Positions 9,273-18,318 of a stretch of 64,000 bases of DNA are shown piece after piece; positions within the stretch are counted from its first letter, which is position 1; every line of letters begins with the position of its first letter. The stretch is taken from positions 29,561 through 93,560 of the IMG/VR virus record IMGVR_UViG_3300005336_000001; one strand, written 5' to 3'. The notes under the pieces were generated by a model. That model worked only from the letters and a program-made list of their open reading frames with translations, was not told the DNA's origin and searched no databases. Source of the stretch: a virus. The position numbers and the translations under genes are program-made.

Positions 9273-10260
9273 TGATGATTCCCTTTCCTGCATCTCTAAT
9301 ATTTCGTGATAGATTTTCCGCATTGCTGAACTGATCAAAGACGGCAGCGGGATCATTTCCAGTATTGCTTGCCATACTTCGTTTTTTAACTTCATTTGTT
9401 TTCATCTCCATCTTAGCTCCATAGACGTCAAGTTTGAGTTCCTTGCAGGCGTCAAGCACACGTTGCCTGATTTGTTTCCATTCAACGGCTTCTTCACGTG
9501 TGACTTCTATTACCAATTTTACCTGATCGCCTTCCATCAAATGTTTATTGTTAAGAAGGTTGTCAGCGTCACGTATTTTGAGTGACCATTTCCGTGGCGC
9601 ATCCATCCATGGGTATGCTTCAGTGCCATTTTGACTCACATGGATGCATCTAGGCTCAAAATCATCACCGAAACGCACCTGATAGGGGCACCCTATATAA
9701 GTCACCAGACCTTGGGTCTGGGGGCGGTGCACGTCCCCGGCGTATACCCCTAGCTCTGGCTTGGCAGACTCAATCAGTGAGGCCGACAGGCCCGATAAAC
9801 GTACCCCTGACTCAGCTATAGCCCCTTCAAAGGTTTGATGCACAAGAAAGCTATCAGGATCATCACCAAGACAGAGGTGAACAGCAGCGTCAAATTCATC
9901 CTGCGTCCTGTAGTGTGGGATAATTGCCATCCGTTTTTCCGCCTTAATGACGGTCGGTTTCGTGACAAAATGTAATCCTTCTATGTGACTAAGAAACTTG
10001 AAGAATGGATTCTTGTTGTCCCTGTAGTCGTGATTGCCCATGTCAATGTAGACGGGCGGTCTTAGCTGTGTGAGGCCCGTCACAATCTGGTTGACCAATG
10101 TGGCTGAATGCCTGTCCTTACTGTCAGTGATATCACCAGCCAAGAAAGTAGCGGCAACAGGATTCTTTTTCTGTTGCCGCTTAATCCAGTCGAAGATGTT
10201 GAACCTATACGCGTCCTGACCACGATCAGTTAAGTGCAGGTCCCCTACCAATAACCACAT
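9250..10260 (-). CDS. SbcD/Mre11-like metallophosphoesterase nuclease (gp47-like)
   Basis: GDLH, AGD, GNHD, GDVH motifs; next to SbcC-like gene. Confidence 0.92.
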   Translation of the reverse strand: MWLLVGDLHLTDRGQDAYRFNIFDWIKRQQKKNPVAATFLAGDITDSKDRHSATLVNQIVTGLTQLRPPVYIDMGNHDYRDNKNPFFKFLSHIEGLHFVTKPTVIKAEKRMAIIPHYRTQDEFDAAVHLCLGDDPDSFLVHQTFEGAIAESGVRLSGLSASLIESAKPELGVYAGDVHRPQTQGLVTYIGCPYQVRFGDDFEPRCIHVSQNGTEAYPWMDAPRKWSLKIRDADNLLNNKHLMEGDQVKLVIEVTREEAVEWKQIRQRVLDACKELKLDVYGAKMEMKTNEVKKRSMASNTGNDPAAVFDQFSNAENLSRNIRDAGKGIINGNKNIL

Positions 10261-10427
10261 TACTCTTTCCGTGCTTCATAGTGAGCCAGCCAAATAACCA
10301 AGAACAGCAACACTGGCACAATAAACAAGTGAACTACGAAACTGGCGAAGGACGGTTGCGCCATGAAGCCAGTGGCACCCCACACAACGAGTGCAAGGTA
10401 CACCGATGGTTTAGTGTGAAAGTTCAT
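10260..10427 (-). CDS. Small two-TM membrane protein
   Basis: Hydrophobic 55 aa; TAATG coupling. Confidence 0.5.
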   Translation of the reverse strand: MNFHTKPSVYLALVVWGATGFMAQPSFASFVVHLFIVPVLLFLVIWLAHYEARKE

Positions 10428-11094
10428 GTGTTTTCCATTTTGACCAGAGGTAGGCGACACCAAGCACAAATCCAACGCCCTGTGCAGCCCAGATACGTGG
10501 ATCAATCTCAAGTTGGGTGATAAAGCCCTCACTGGCGATCAACTCGCCGGCAAGCCAGCCTAGCAGCGCGGCCCCCGCCCAAATAAGGATGGGGAATTTG
10601 TTCAGGATCATGGTTATCAAGGTAGCCCCAGTAACCACTAGCGGGATACTGACAGCCAAACCAATGGCAAGAAGGAGGACGTTGCCTTGTGCAACAGCAG
10701 CCACCGCCACCATGTTATCCACACTCATGACAATATCAGCCAACACGATGATTCTGATTGCTGCAAAGAGTTTGTCAGAAGACTTTACGTCACTCTCACC
10801 ATCATCAGGCAGACACATCTTGATGGCTACAAAGAGCAATGCCAACCCGCCAGCAAGTTTGAGGTAAGGAAGTGTCATTAGTGTGGACACAACGCCTGTA
10901 GCGGCAATACGCAACAAGACAGCACTCAGGGCACCTAAGATAATACCCCAAAAGCGTTGACGCTCAGGCAGGCCACGGCATGCCATAGCTATAACCAGTG
11001 CATTGTCACCAGACAATAGTGCATCTATCCAAATGACTTTGCCAATAGCCAGCCAAAAGGCTGGGTCGTGCAGTTCCATTTCTAACCACGGCAT
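10411..11094 (-). CDS. TerC/YjbE-family integral membrane protein
   Basis: IDALLSGDNALVIA and ADIVMSVDNMVAVA motifs; multiple TM segments. Confidence 0.92.
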   Translation of the reverse strand: MPWLEMELHDPAFWLAIGKVIWIDALLSGDNALVIAMACRGLPERQRFWGIILGALSAVLLRIAATGVVSTLMTLPYLKLAGGLALLFVAIKMCLPDDGESDVKSSDKLFAAIRIIVLADIVMSVDNMVAVAAVAQGNVLLLAIGLAVSIPLVVTGATLITMILNKFPILIWAGAALLGWLAGELIASEGFITQLEIDPRIWAAQGVGFVLGVAYLWSKWKTHELSH

Positions 11095-11182
11095 GTTTGA
11101 TCCTCAAATATAGACAAAGCGGGGCGGCCTATTTAAGCACCGCAAGAACAGTGCCGAGCCGCCCCTACCCAGCCGGGGTTAC

Positions 11183-11644
11183 TTAGAAGTCAAACTTGGA
11201 AGGATCAACATTCAGGCGCTTTGCAATCTTTTCAAGCACCTTGGTCTCATCTTCACCAGCTTTGCCGTTGTGGTTTGACGAGGCCACGTCTACCGCAACA
11301 AGGTAGACGTCATCAGCCATTTGGCTCGCATTGGGCAGGCTGTTCACTGCATCAAGGTTCCGTGCAAGCTCTTGCTTGCCAGAAGCAGTGGTGGCATGCC
11401 CTAGTGCGTTGTTGAGGGTGCTTTCAATCTGTTGACGGGTGTACAGGCCCGACAACTGGGTGTGGCTGGTAAGCACTTCCATGGCCTTTTTCTTTTCAGC
11501 ATCCTCACAGGTGCCGTCAGCATAGGCAATGAGGGCACATGAAGCAGAGACTGCCTTCAGGAAGTCTTCAGTCTTGCCATACTCCTTGTTCAGTTCCTTC
11601 ATGCCTGAGGCAAAGACGCTCTTAAACATAGACGAGATTGACAT
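11183..11644 (-). CDS. TerB-family (tellurite resistance-like) protein
   Basis: ALIAYADG..AEKK; E..VLEKIAKRL TerB pattern. Confidence 0.85.
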   Translation of the reverse strand: MSISSMFKSVFASGMKELNKEYGKTEDFLKAVSASCALIAYADGTCEDAEKKKAMEVLTSHTQLSGLYTRQQIESTLNNALGHATTASGKQELARNLDAVNSLPNASQMADDVYLVAVDVASSNHNGKAGEDETKVLEKIAKRLNVDPSKFDF

Positions 11645-11699
11645 TTACGCTTCTCCATTGCGCAGTTAAGCAAATGGGATGGTTGCGCGTTCCATCCCA

Positions 11700-12215
11700 T
11701 CATACAAAAGGCTTAGTAATTTTGAAGAACTTAGCTGCCTCTATAATGTGCAAATTGTGGCGCACACTGATTAACAGCATATTCTTGTACATAAGCCCTA
11801 AAAGCCTCCGGCCCTCTATATCAAGGCAAACCATCGGTTGCATACGGTTTTGACGGACCACCATTAGCGGGCGCTTTTTGTACCTTCCAGCCTGTTTTTG
11901 GATCTCGTCCCAAAACGTCAAAAGCTTGCCTTTGCCTGTCAATAGACCGGGATAGTCAAGGTTGGCATAGAACTTACACTCGGGGGCAAATGCTTCTATG
12001 AACTTGCTACCAGCATGGTGGACACATGAAATGTCACCAACCTGTGACGCATGGTGCTTGCCGCGTTTGTGTCCAACGGTGGCACGGCCTCCAGACATGG
12101 CACTCCGCCAAAATACGTCCTCACGTTCATTGTTAGTTATCCATTTTGAAAGCATGACACAGACATCACGCTCGAACTGCGCTCCCTTCTGCTTTCCCCC
12201 ACCAGCTCGCATCAA
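11700..12215 (-). CDS. Holliday junction resolvase-like PD-(D/E)xK nuclease
   Basis: KQKGAQFERDV..R..SGG..GDI..ECK. Confidence 0.8.
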   Translation of the reverse strand: MMRAGGGKQKGAQFERDVCVMLSKWITNNEREDVFWRSAMSGGRATVGHKRGKHHASQVGDISCVHHAGSKFIEAFAPECKFYANLDYPGLLTGKGKLLTFWDEIQKQAGRYKKRPLMVVRQNRMQPMVCLDIEGRRLLGLMYKNMLLISVRHNLHIIEAAKFFKITKPFV

Positions 12216-12519
12216 TTGTCCCTTTTTGGATCATCTTCTAAAGTACGGCAGTAATAGTGTGTGGTGCGCTTTGTAGTATCTTCAAAATAGATCACACACC
12301 CTTTATCTGTTTGAGATAAAGGCATTTTACATTCAGCACATAAGGCACCACGAACTATTTTTTCAAATTCATTTTTGACATTCATGGCATTACTCACTCG
12401 ATTTTTTCTTTTTCCACCACCGGGTAGCATTTAGAACAAACTCGCAATAGATAAAATTAGCCAAACTGCCAAAATAGGAGTAAGGATAATTACAATAACA
12501 GGAATTATGACATCCTCAA

Positions 12520-13095
12520 TCATGGCATTATCCATGCAATCTGATAACCAAAAGTAAACGGAGCAACGTCAATCTGTTTGAACCACTTGGCGACGAAGGC
12601 ACCTTTGCCACCTACCTCAAAGCCCGGACCCATAGGCGAATCATCAATGAACACGATTGAACCGGGGCGCAGACGTGGCCGTGCAGCGCAGAATTCAAAC
12701 AAACAGTGCATCGCAGCCGGGCCAGCATTGGCCATGTCGACGTCAAAGCTATCAAGATACAACATATCTATGACCGGGCCGGGCTTTGACAATTCAAGTA
12801 CGCTATCGCTAACAACAGACCCTGAATTCTTTAATGTGGTACGAACCAATTCAATAGCATCTTGGTCAGTGTCTATCGTGGTGAATGATCCGGTGTGCCA
12901 TTGAATGTAACTATCCCAAATGACAGTGGATTGCCCATCACCTTCCCAATTGTCAAGTTTGCGCATGCAGCCAGTTTCTACGATGTGCCGTACTTGGCGT
13001 GTGACGGCCTCACGAATCACAGCCCTGAAGGTTGGGGCGCGGATTCCAAGCTTGGGCATGTACGCAACATCAAACCTATCTACAAAATCAGGCAT
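12520..13095 (-). CDS. Class I SAM-dependent methyltransferase (Methyltransf_24-like)
   Basis: IVETG, IDMLYLDS, LRPGSIVFIDD. Confidence 0.8.
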   Translation of the reverse strand: MPDFVDRFDVAYMPKLGIRAPTFRAVIREAVTRQVRHIVETGCMRKLDNWEGDGQSTVIWDSYIQWHTGSFTTIDTDQDAIELVRTTLKNSGSVVSDSVLELSKPGPVIDMLYLDSFDVDMANAGPAAMHCLFEFCAARPRLRPGSIVFIDDSPMGPGFEVGGKGAFVAKWFKQIDVAPFTFGYQIAWIMP

Positions 13096-14113
13096 ACTTA
13101 CTCCGCTTGGGCAAGAAGGTAGTTTCAATTTCACCCCATACTTGTTTGACGGCCTCTGCTGCACGAAGACGTTCTTCCTTGTGCTCAGCATCAGTCATTT
13201 CATTCAAGCCCTTGAGGTAATCCTTGAACTCTGTCTTTTTTAGGTCTATGGCATCAAGTCTATCCACTTCATTGAGCCAGTTTACACTGGCCAGAAGGTC
13301 ATTGATGCCGTAGCCGAATTCAAAGGTGAACTCTGCCTCTCTGAACGGCATGCCTACCTTGTTCTTTTTTACCTTGGCTTTAATTTCAATCCCGTATGGC
13401 CGTTCAACCTTGTTGATGGTCTTTTTGAGGATTTTGATATGGGCAAGCCAGAACACTTGAGAGGCGTAGAAGTCGAGAGCCTTCCCCCCGCTTCTCTTAT
13501 GCTTCTCTCCAAACATAGCGCCAATATTGTCCCGCACTTGGGACACAATGAAAAGAAGGACGTTGGCTTGTTCCTGCTTTCGTGTAATTTTACGAAACAT
13601 CTCACTCATCTTTTTGGCTTTAGCTGCTCCAAAAGATGCCTTGTCAATATCTCGATCCATTTCAGCGTCGTCGGAAAGGGCGTCAAAAGAATCAAGGACG
13701 TAGAGGCCCGGCTTCTTAGCTTTTTTCTGTTGGTCACAAAAAGCATCAAAGTCCTTGTAGAAGTCCTCAACAGTAATAATTGGATTTTCACGATCGCCAA
13801 AGTCAATGCGGTCAAGAGGCAAACCCATAGCCTCAGCGTAACTGTCATCCCATGCAGCTTCTGTTTCACGATAAGCAATGTTGCCATCTGGGCACACTAT
13901 TGAGAAGTTTATCATGACTTCAGTGGCAGTTCCGGTTTTAGCCGTGCTCTTGTCACCCACAATGTTGGCGGTGCGCCCTAGAGCAAGCCCACCGCCCAAA
14001 GCGCAGTCCAACAGAGTGCAGCCAGTGCTAACAAACTGAATGTTAGTCTTTTCAGAAGTGAAATAATTGTTTCGTGGCTTCTCAACGACTGCCCGTACCC
14101 TTTTTACCATCAC
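13088..14113 (-). CDS. recA: RecA/UvsX-like recombinase
   Basis: STGCTLLDCALGGGL, VLDS, SQVR, SGGKALDFYAS, KKNKVGMPFR. Confidence 0.92.
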   Translation of the reverse strand: MMVKRVRAVVEKPRNNYFTSEKTNIQFVSTGCTLLDCALGGGLALGRTANIVGDKSTAKTGTATEVMINFSIVCPDGNIAYRETEAAWDDSYAEAMGLPLDRIDFGDRENPIITVEDFYKDFDAFCDQQKKAKKPGLYVLDSFDALSDDAEMDRDIDKASFGAAKAKKMSEMFRKITRKQEQANVLLFIVSQVRDNIGAMFGEKHKRSGGKALDFYASQVFWLAHIKILKKTINKVERPYGIEIKAKVKKNKVGMPFREAEFTFEFGYGINDLLASVNWLNEVDRLDAIDLKKTEFKDYLKGLNEMTDAEHKEERLRAAEAVKQVWGEIETTFLPKRSKYA

Positions 14114-14568
14114 TCTTCCATCTTTGCTGGGACAGGTTCATTTACCTGATCCTGATATTTACCATTGTAGACTTGTTCAGTTGGTTTATCCAAAAATTCA
14201 AATATAATCTGAGCAATAGGCATTCCCTTCTTCAGATTAAGCATGTGGATGCCATTAAGAGCCAATTCAAGAGTTAAGTATCCCCTCCAGCCGGGTTCAA
14301 TAACTGTGTTAAATACTTGCAATCCTTGGCGTGCCCAAGTTGATTTATCATGGACACGTCCCACAACATCATCCGGCATATTGAAATGCTCAATCGTGGA
14401 AGCAAGCCTGAAACGCATGTATTCATTGGCATTGAGCATTACGTCTTGAGCAATGCGGACGTCATAACCGCAACTGGACAAGCCATAACTCATCCCAAAC
14501 TCAACTGTACGTTCACAGAAGGGGGTGATGATGCCACAACACCTGATGCTTTGTGCTGAGAGGATCAT
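14110..14568 (-). CDS. dcd: dCTP deaminase
   Basis: SYGLSSCGYDVR, KSTWARQGL, IEPGWRGYLTLE, YNGKYQDQ. Confidence 0.92.
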   Translation of the reverse strand: MILSAQSIRCCGIITPFCERTVEFGMSYGLSSCGYDVRIAQDVMLNANEYMRFRLASTIEHFNMPDDVVGRVHDKSTWARQGLQVFNTVIEPGWRGYLTLELALNGIHMLNLKKGMPIAQIIFEFLDKPTEQVYNGKYQDQVNEPVPAKMEE

Positions 14569-14843
14569 CCAAACCTCGGTGCGTTCTTGAAGGCTTCATC
14601 AAAGTTGGCTTTGCAGACAGAAAGGAACTGTTGCTCAGTCATGCCTACATCTACCCCTATGATGGCTGACAGTTGAGATAGGGCTACAACACTGATGCGG
14701 GAGTAAAGCACTTGGCTCACCCCCGCATCACGCATGCCGTCCACCCAAAACTGGCGCATCTCGTTCACTATCTTAACGTGGAGGAGGTACTCAGGCGAAG
14801 GATCTTCAACCTTCGGGGTGTCAGCTTTGATTCTTGGCATCAA
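14565..14843 (-). CDS. Hypothetical protein
   Basis: ATGA-coupled ORF in operon. Confidence 0.6.
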   Translation of the reverse strand: MMPRIKADTPKVEDPSPEYLLHVKIVNEMRQFWVDGMRDAGVSQVLYSRISVVALSQLSAIIGVDVGMTEQQFLSVCKANFDEAFKNAPRFG

Positions 14844-15004
14844 ATCTAGCCTTTAACAGTTCGGCCCAAGTGCGGTGGCCTGAACGGACAATGACCAATT
14901 GCTCTCTGGCCCATCTCATATACGGAATTTCGTCGTTCATGATTTCTGCTGAAGAACGCCGGTCAAGAACCACGGGGTCCTTGCCGGCTCTTTTTAGAAG
15001 TTCC

Positions 15005-16210
15005 TCAGTCCTCTTCTGAGTTTCGAGTTCGACGCCTCGCAGCTAGCTTGGCGCGGAGGCTGCCGCCAGTGTCCTCATCCTCATCTTCAGATTCAGTCTT
15101 CCCACGGCGGCTTTTCGTAGGGAGTGCTTCATCCTCATCTTCAGGTTCAGCCCTTACCCGTTTGCGGGCCGCAGGCTTTTCTTCAACATCATCATCATCG
15201 TCAGGATCGGCCTGTTTGCGTGATGACGAGCGACGTGCTGGTTTTTCATCTTCATCTTCATAATCAGGCTCAGGGTCTGGCCTTGCACGCTGTCTAGTCC
15301 GGGCCGGTTTTTCTTCAACCTCATCTTCATCCAGTTCTTGGTCCCTACGTGGGCCACGTGTTTTAAGTGGAAGCTCTTCCTGTTCAGGGTCCGAGCGCCG
15401 GGTGCGGCTACGCACCGGCTTTTCATCAACTTCATCCTCACCCGGATCACATGCCTTGCGACTACGGATAGTCTTTTCTTCAGATTCAGGATCATCCTCA
15501 TCCCTACGGCCAGCCTGACCACCAAAGGTTGCAGCAATGTGGTCATAGTCATAGAAGTTCAACACGTCAGGCAATTGGTTCTCAGCAATGAAATCCAGCC
15601 ATTCAGCTTCAAGCCCTTCATCCTCATGAATGTTTGAGGGCTTCAGCACCTTCATCTTGGAAGGGTCATACTTGGTCAACAGACCAGTACCCTCCTTGTA
15701 GAAACGCACGTCACGGCCATCAGACGGGCCATCAATGAAGATTACATCCTTGGTATCTTCATCAATGCACAAGTTGGACAGTGATTTGTCAAAGGTGAAA
15801 GGTGCGGCCCAAAGCAGTGGCCCTTCATCTTCATCCATGCGGTCAATGATCCAGTACAAAATGCGTTGTGACGGATTCAACGCCTTGGCCAGATCCTTAT
15901 CACCTTCCTTCTGAGCATCACGACGTGCTTCTGCCAACGGATCAGCACCTTTGCCGTGCTTGCTCAAAGAGAGGTACGATTGATTGTCAGCGCCAATATT
16001 GAAATTGACAAAGATATCCAAGCCGTAGTGTTTAGCCTTTTCCCACGTAGGGGGCAGAATACGGATAACGTTTTTTCCATCCTTTGGTTTCCACTGCTTG
16101 AACTTGGGCTTGATGTAGGTGTCATAATTGCCACCTTTCATATTGGCCCGTTCCTTCAGTGTGTCCTTTGAACGCTTTTGATACTTGAACCCACGCTCTT
16201 CTTTAGGCAT
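15005..16210 (-). CDS. Single-stranded DNA-binding protein (gp32-like) with long charged tail
   Basis: GKNVIRILPP..G.D..FYKEGTGLLTKY core; very D/E/R-rich C-terminus; replication context. Confidence 0.75.
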   Translation of the reverse strand: MPKEERGFKYQKRSKDTLKERANMKGGNYDTYIKPKFKQWKPKDGKNVIRILPPTWEKAKHYGLDIFVNFNIGADNQSYLSLSKHGKGADPLAEARRDAQKEGDKDLAKALNPSQRILYWIIDRMDEDEGPLLWAAPFTFDKSLSNLCIDEDTKDVIFIDGPSDGRDVRFYKEGTGLLTKYDPSKMKVLKPSNIHEDEGLEAEWLDFIAENQLPDVLNFYDYDHIAATFGGQAGRRDEDDPESEEKTIRSRKACDPGEDEVDEKPVRSRTRRSDPEQEELPLKTRGPRRDQELDEDEVEEKPARTRQRARPDPEPDYEDEDEKPARRSSSRKQADPDDDDDVEEKPAARKRVRAEPEDEDEALPTKSRRGKTESEDEDEDTGGSLRAKLAARRRTRNSEED

Positions 16211-16227
16211 TTGTCACCTTTCTCATG

Positions 16228-16722
16228 TTAATCTCCTCCTCTGGCTGACCGTGCATTAGCTATGCGGTTGCGGTTTGCAGCATAGTGAGAAGCTTCTTGG
16301 GCTTTGGTAGGCTTAACGGATGCATCCTCATAATAGTTGGCAGAATATAATGAGACTAAATCTCTAAGCATGTAACTACGTTGTTGAAAGGCTTCTTTTA
16401 GAGCAAGTAATTTGTCTGATTTTGTTTTGGCATCTAAATATTCATCAAAGGCTTTTTCATGGTCAATGTGCGTCTGCACGTAATTTTTGACCATGGTCTC
16501 GGTGACCTTATCAAACTTCTTAGCCAGTGCTCGCCTGCCTTCATTATCCAAATCAGCATCAACCACCGCTAGATTTTCCTTAGCACCATCCTTGTCAGCC
16601 AAGGCGTCAGTCAGCATTTCACTGATGGTGTAGAATAGGACAGGTTGCCTGATAACCTCGTCATCAAGCACAGACTTATCGATAGCTAATTGCGCTTGAA
16701 GATCACTTATTGTTAGTGGCAT
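16228..16722 (-). CDS. UvsY-like recombination mediator
   Basis: LAIDKSVLDDEVIRQP..VKNYV..EAFQQRSYML helical pattern; next to SSB and RecA. Confidence 0.55.
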   Translation of the reverse strand: MPLTISDLQAQLAIDKSVLDDEVIRQPVLFYTISEMLTDALADKDGAKENLAVVDADLDNEGRRALAKKFDKVTETMVKNYVQTHIDHEKAFDEYLDAKTKSDKLLALKEAFQQRSYMLRDLVSLYSANYYEDASVKPTKAQEASHYAANRNRIANARSARGGD

Positions 16723-16897
16723 CGGGCAACATGATCTCGATTTCAACATAGTGAGCCCGCTCAGTGGCGGGATCAAATGACCAAATAGGCTGCATGGCTT
16801 TAAACATCTCAAGTGATGTTTCGGCATCTGATCCGTGGATCATGTAGCCACCTTTGTCGTCGACAAGGACGACTGCTTTTACAGTCAGTGCTGGCAT
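16703..16897 (-). CDS. Hypothetical protein
   Basis: Fills the gap between coupled genes. Confidence 0.5.
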   Translation of the reverse strand: MPALTVKAVVLVDDKGGYMIHGSDAETSLEMFKAMQPIWSFDPATERAHYVEIEIMLPDATNNK

Positions 16898-17845
16898 TTA
16901 AACATCCAATTTCAAAGCTAGGCCGATTGAATACATCAGGGGAGCTTGTTTGTCTGAAGTCAGGTATGGTTTAGAGAAAGCCTCAATAAGTGAGAGTAGT
17001 TGGATGGCTGTTTTGTCTGATTTAGTGCCCTTCAATACGGCTGCAAAATAATTCATCAGAACTATTCGAACACTTTCAGCTTCCTGACCCTCCAACCCCT
17101 TTAGATACTTCGTAGCTTCAGCCCAATTGTGTCCCTTACCTGATACGAGCCAACGCGCGAGGTCCACTATTTCTTTGGATTGGCCAGCATTGCGCATGAT
17201 CTCACGCGCTTCATTTAGTGTTTTGCAGGAGAGACACTCCTCAAGATACACTAGGGCTTGACGTGGCGAGCCCCCACAATTTTCTACTATGGCCTCAATA
17301 ATTTCGTCTGAAACGTCAAACTTTTCATCATCTGCCACATGCACTAACAGGTCAAGTATCAGCTCTTCCTTGACCGGCTTGAGGTCGTACCTGAGGCATC
17401 GGGTGATGATTGCCTTTGGCATCTTTGCCACTTCGGTAGTGCAAAATGCCCAGTAGACGTGTGCTGGTGGCTCCTCAATAGGCTTGAGCATGACATCCCA
17501 CGCTGCCGCTGACAGCCTGTGAGCCTCATCCATGATGATGAATTTAGTAGGGCTCCCACCAATGGCCCTGTACAGTGTGCGGCTTACCAGCTCTTGGACG
17601 TCTTCCTTGCCTGACTTGGAAGCACCATTTACTTCTTCCAAGTTAATAACACTGCGCCCACTACCCCCAAACTCACCAGCAAGAATACGAGCAAGAGTTG
17701 TTTTTCCTGTACCGCTAGGCCCGGTGAAGATAAAAGCATGAGCACGTGCATCTTTGACTACCCTTTTCAAACTACGGACCACAGGGTCTTGGCCTAAGAC
17801 GTCTTCAAACTTCTCAGGACGGTATTTAGTGTGAAGGGAACTCAT
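16898..17845 (-). CDS. dnaX: Clamp loader, DNA polymerase III gamma/tau-like AAA+ ATPase
   Basis: KYRPEKFEDVLGQ, GPSGTGKTT, IMDEAHRL, LKPIEEPP, TRC, GSPR. Confidence 0.9.
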   Translation of the reverse strand: MSSLHTKYRPEKFEDVLGQDPVVRSLKRVVKDARAHAFIFTGPSGTGKTTLARILAGEFGGSGRSVINLEEVNGASKSGKEDVQELVSRTLYRAIGGSPTKFIIMDEAHRLSAAAWDVMLKPIEEPPAHVYWAFCTTEVAKMPKAIITRCLRYDLKPVKEELILDLLVHVADDEKFDVSDEIIEAIVENCGGSPRQALVYLEECLSCKTLNEAREIMRNAGQSKEIVDLARWLVSGKGHNWAEATKYLKGLEGQEAESVRIVLMNYFAAVLKGTKSDKTAIQLLSLIEAFSKPYLTSDKQAPLMYSIGLALKLDV

Positions 17846-18318
17846 AGGTCTTTGTCTCGTTCACCATCACGAAGTCTGTGAACTATTTCTTTAGGTGTCT
17901 CAGGATGTACATGCAATGCACGCATCCCTCGTAAATAGAAATTCCAACAACGTTTTCTGATTGTTTCATCAGGAAAATGAATGCCTGCAATAGCAAAGGC
18001 ATGCCACAGATGTTGGAGGAAATGAACGTTATATTGATCAATTGATCCGTAGAAAGTATTAGTCGCTCCCTTCCATGGATCTTCAAAATCAGCACCAATT
18101 AGGACGGTTTGCATGAATGGATCATCACGCCATACAACACCTTTATCCATTGGCTTGCCTTCACGTCCTGAGACCATCACCAAAGCACGTAAAGCGCGGA
18201 CAATTGGTTTTGCCACATCCTCTTTGGCAACTCCATCAGGCCCGCGAAGTGCGAGTATCAACACTCCTTGCTGCCTCAATGAGATATTCATTACCCAATC
18301 TTGGAGTACGCTAGGCAT
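17842..18318 (-). CDS. Hypothetical phage protein
   Basis: Coupled ORF; His-rich C-terminus (HFLQHLWHA, LHVHPE). Confidence 0.7.
   Translation of the reverse strand: MPSVLQDWVMNISLRQQGVLILALRGPDGVAKEDVAKPIVRALRALVMVSGREGKPMDKGVVWRDDPFMQTVLIGADFEDPWKGATNTFYGSIDQYNVHFLQHLWHAFAIAGIHFPDETIRKRCWNFYLRGMRALHVHPETPKEIVHRLRDGERDKDL

Noticed and set aside
14950-15040. Frameshift extension of the SSB gene
   Set aside because: The open alternative frame coincides with a hairpin (AAGAGCCGG-CAAGGACC/GGTTCTTG-ACCGG..TTCTT) and has no clear slippery site.
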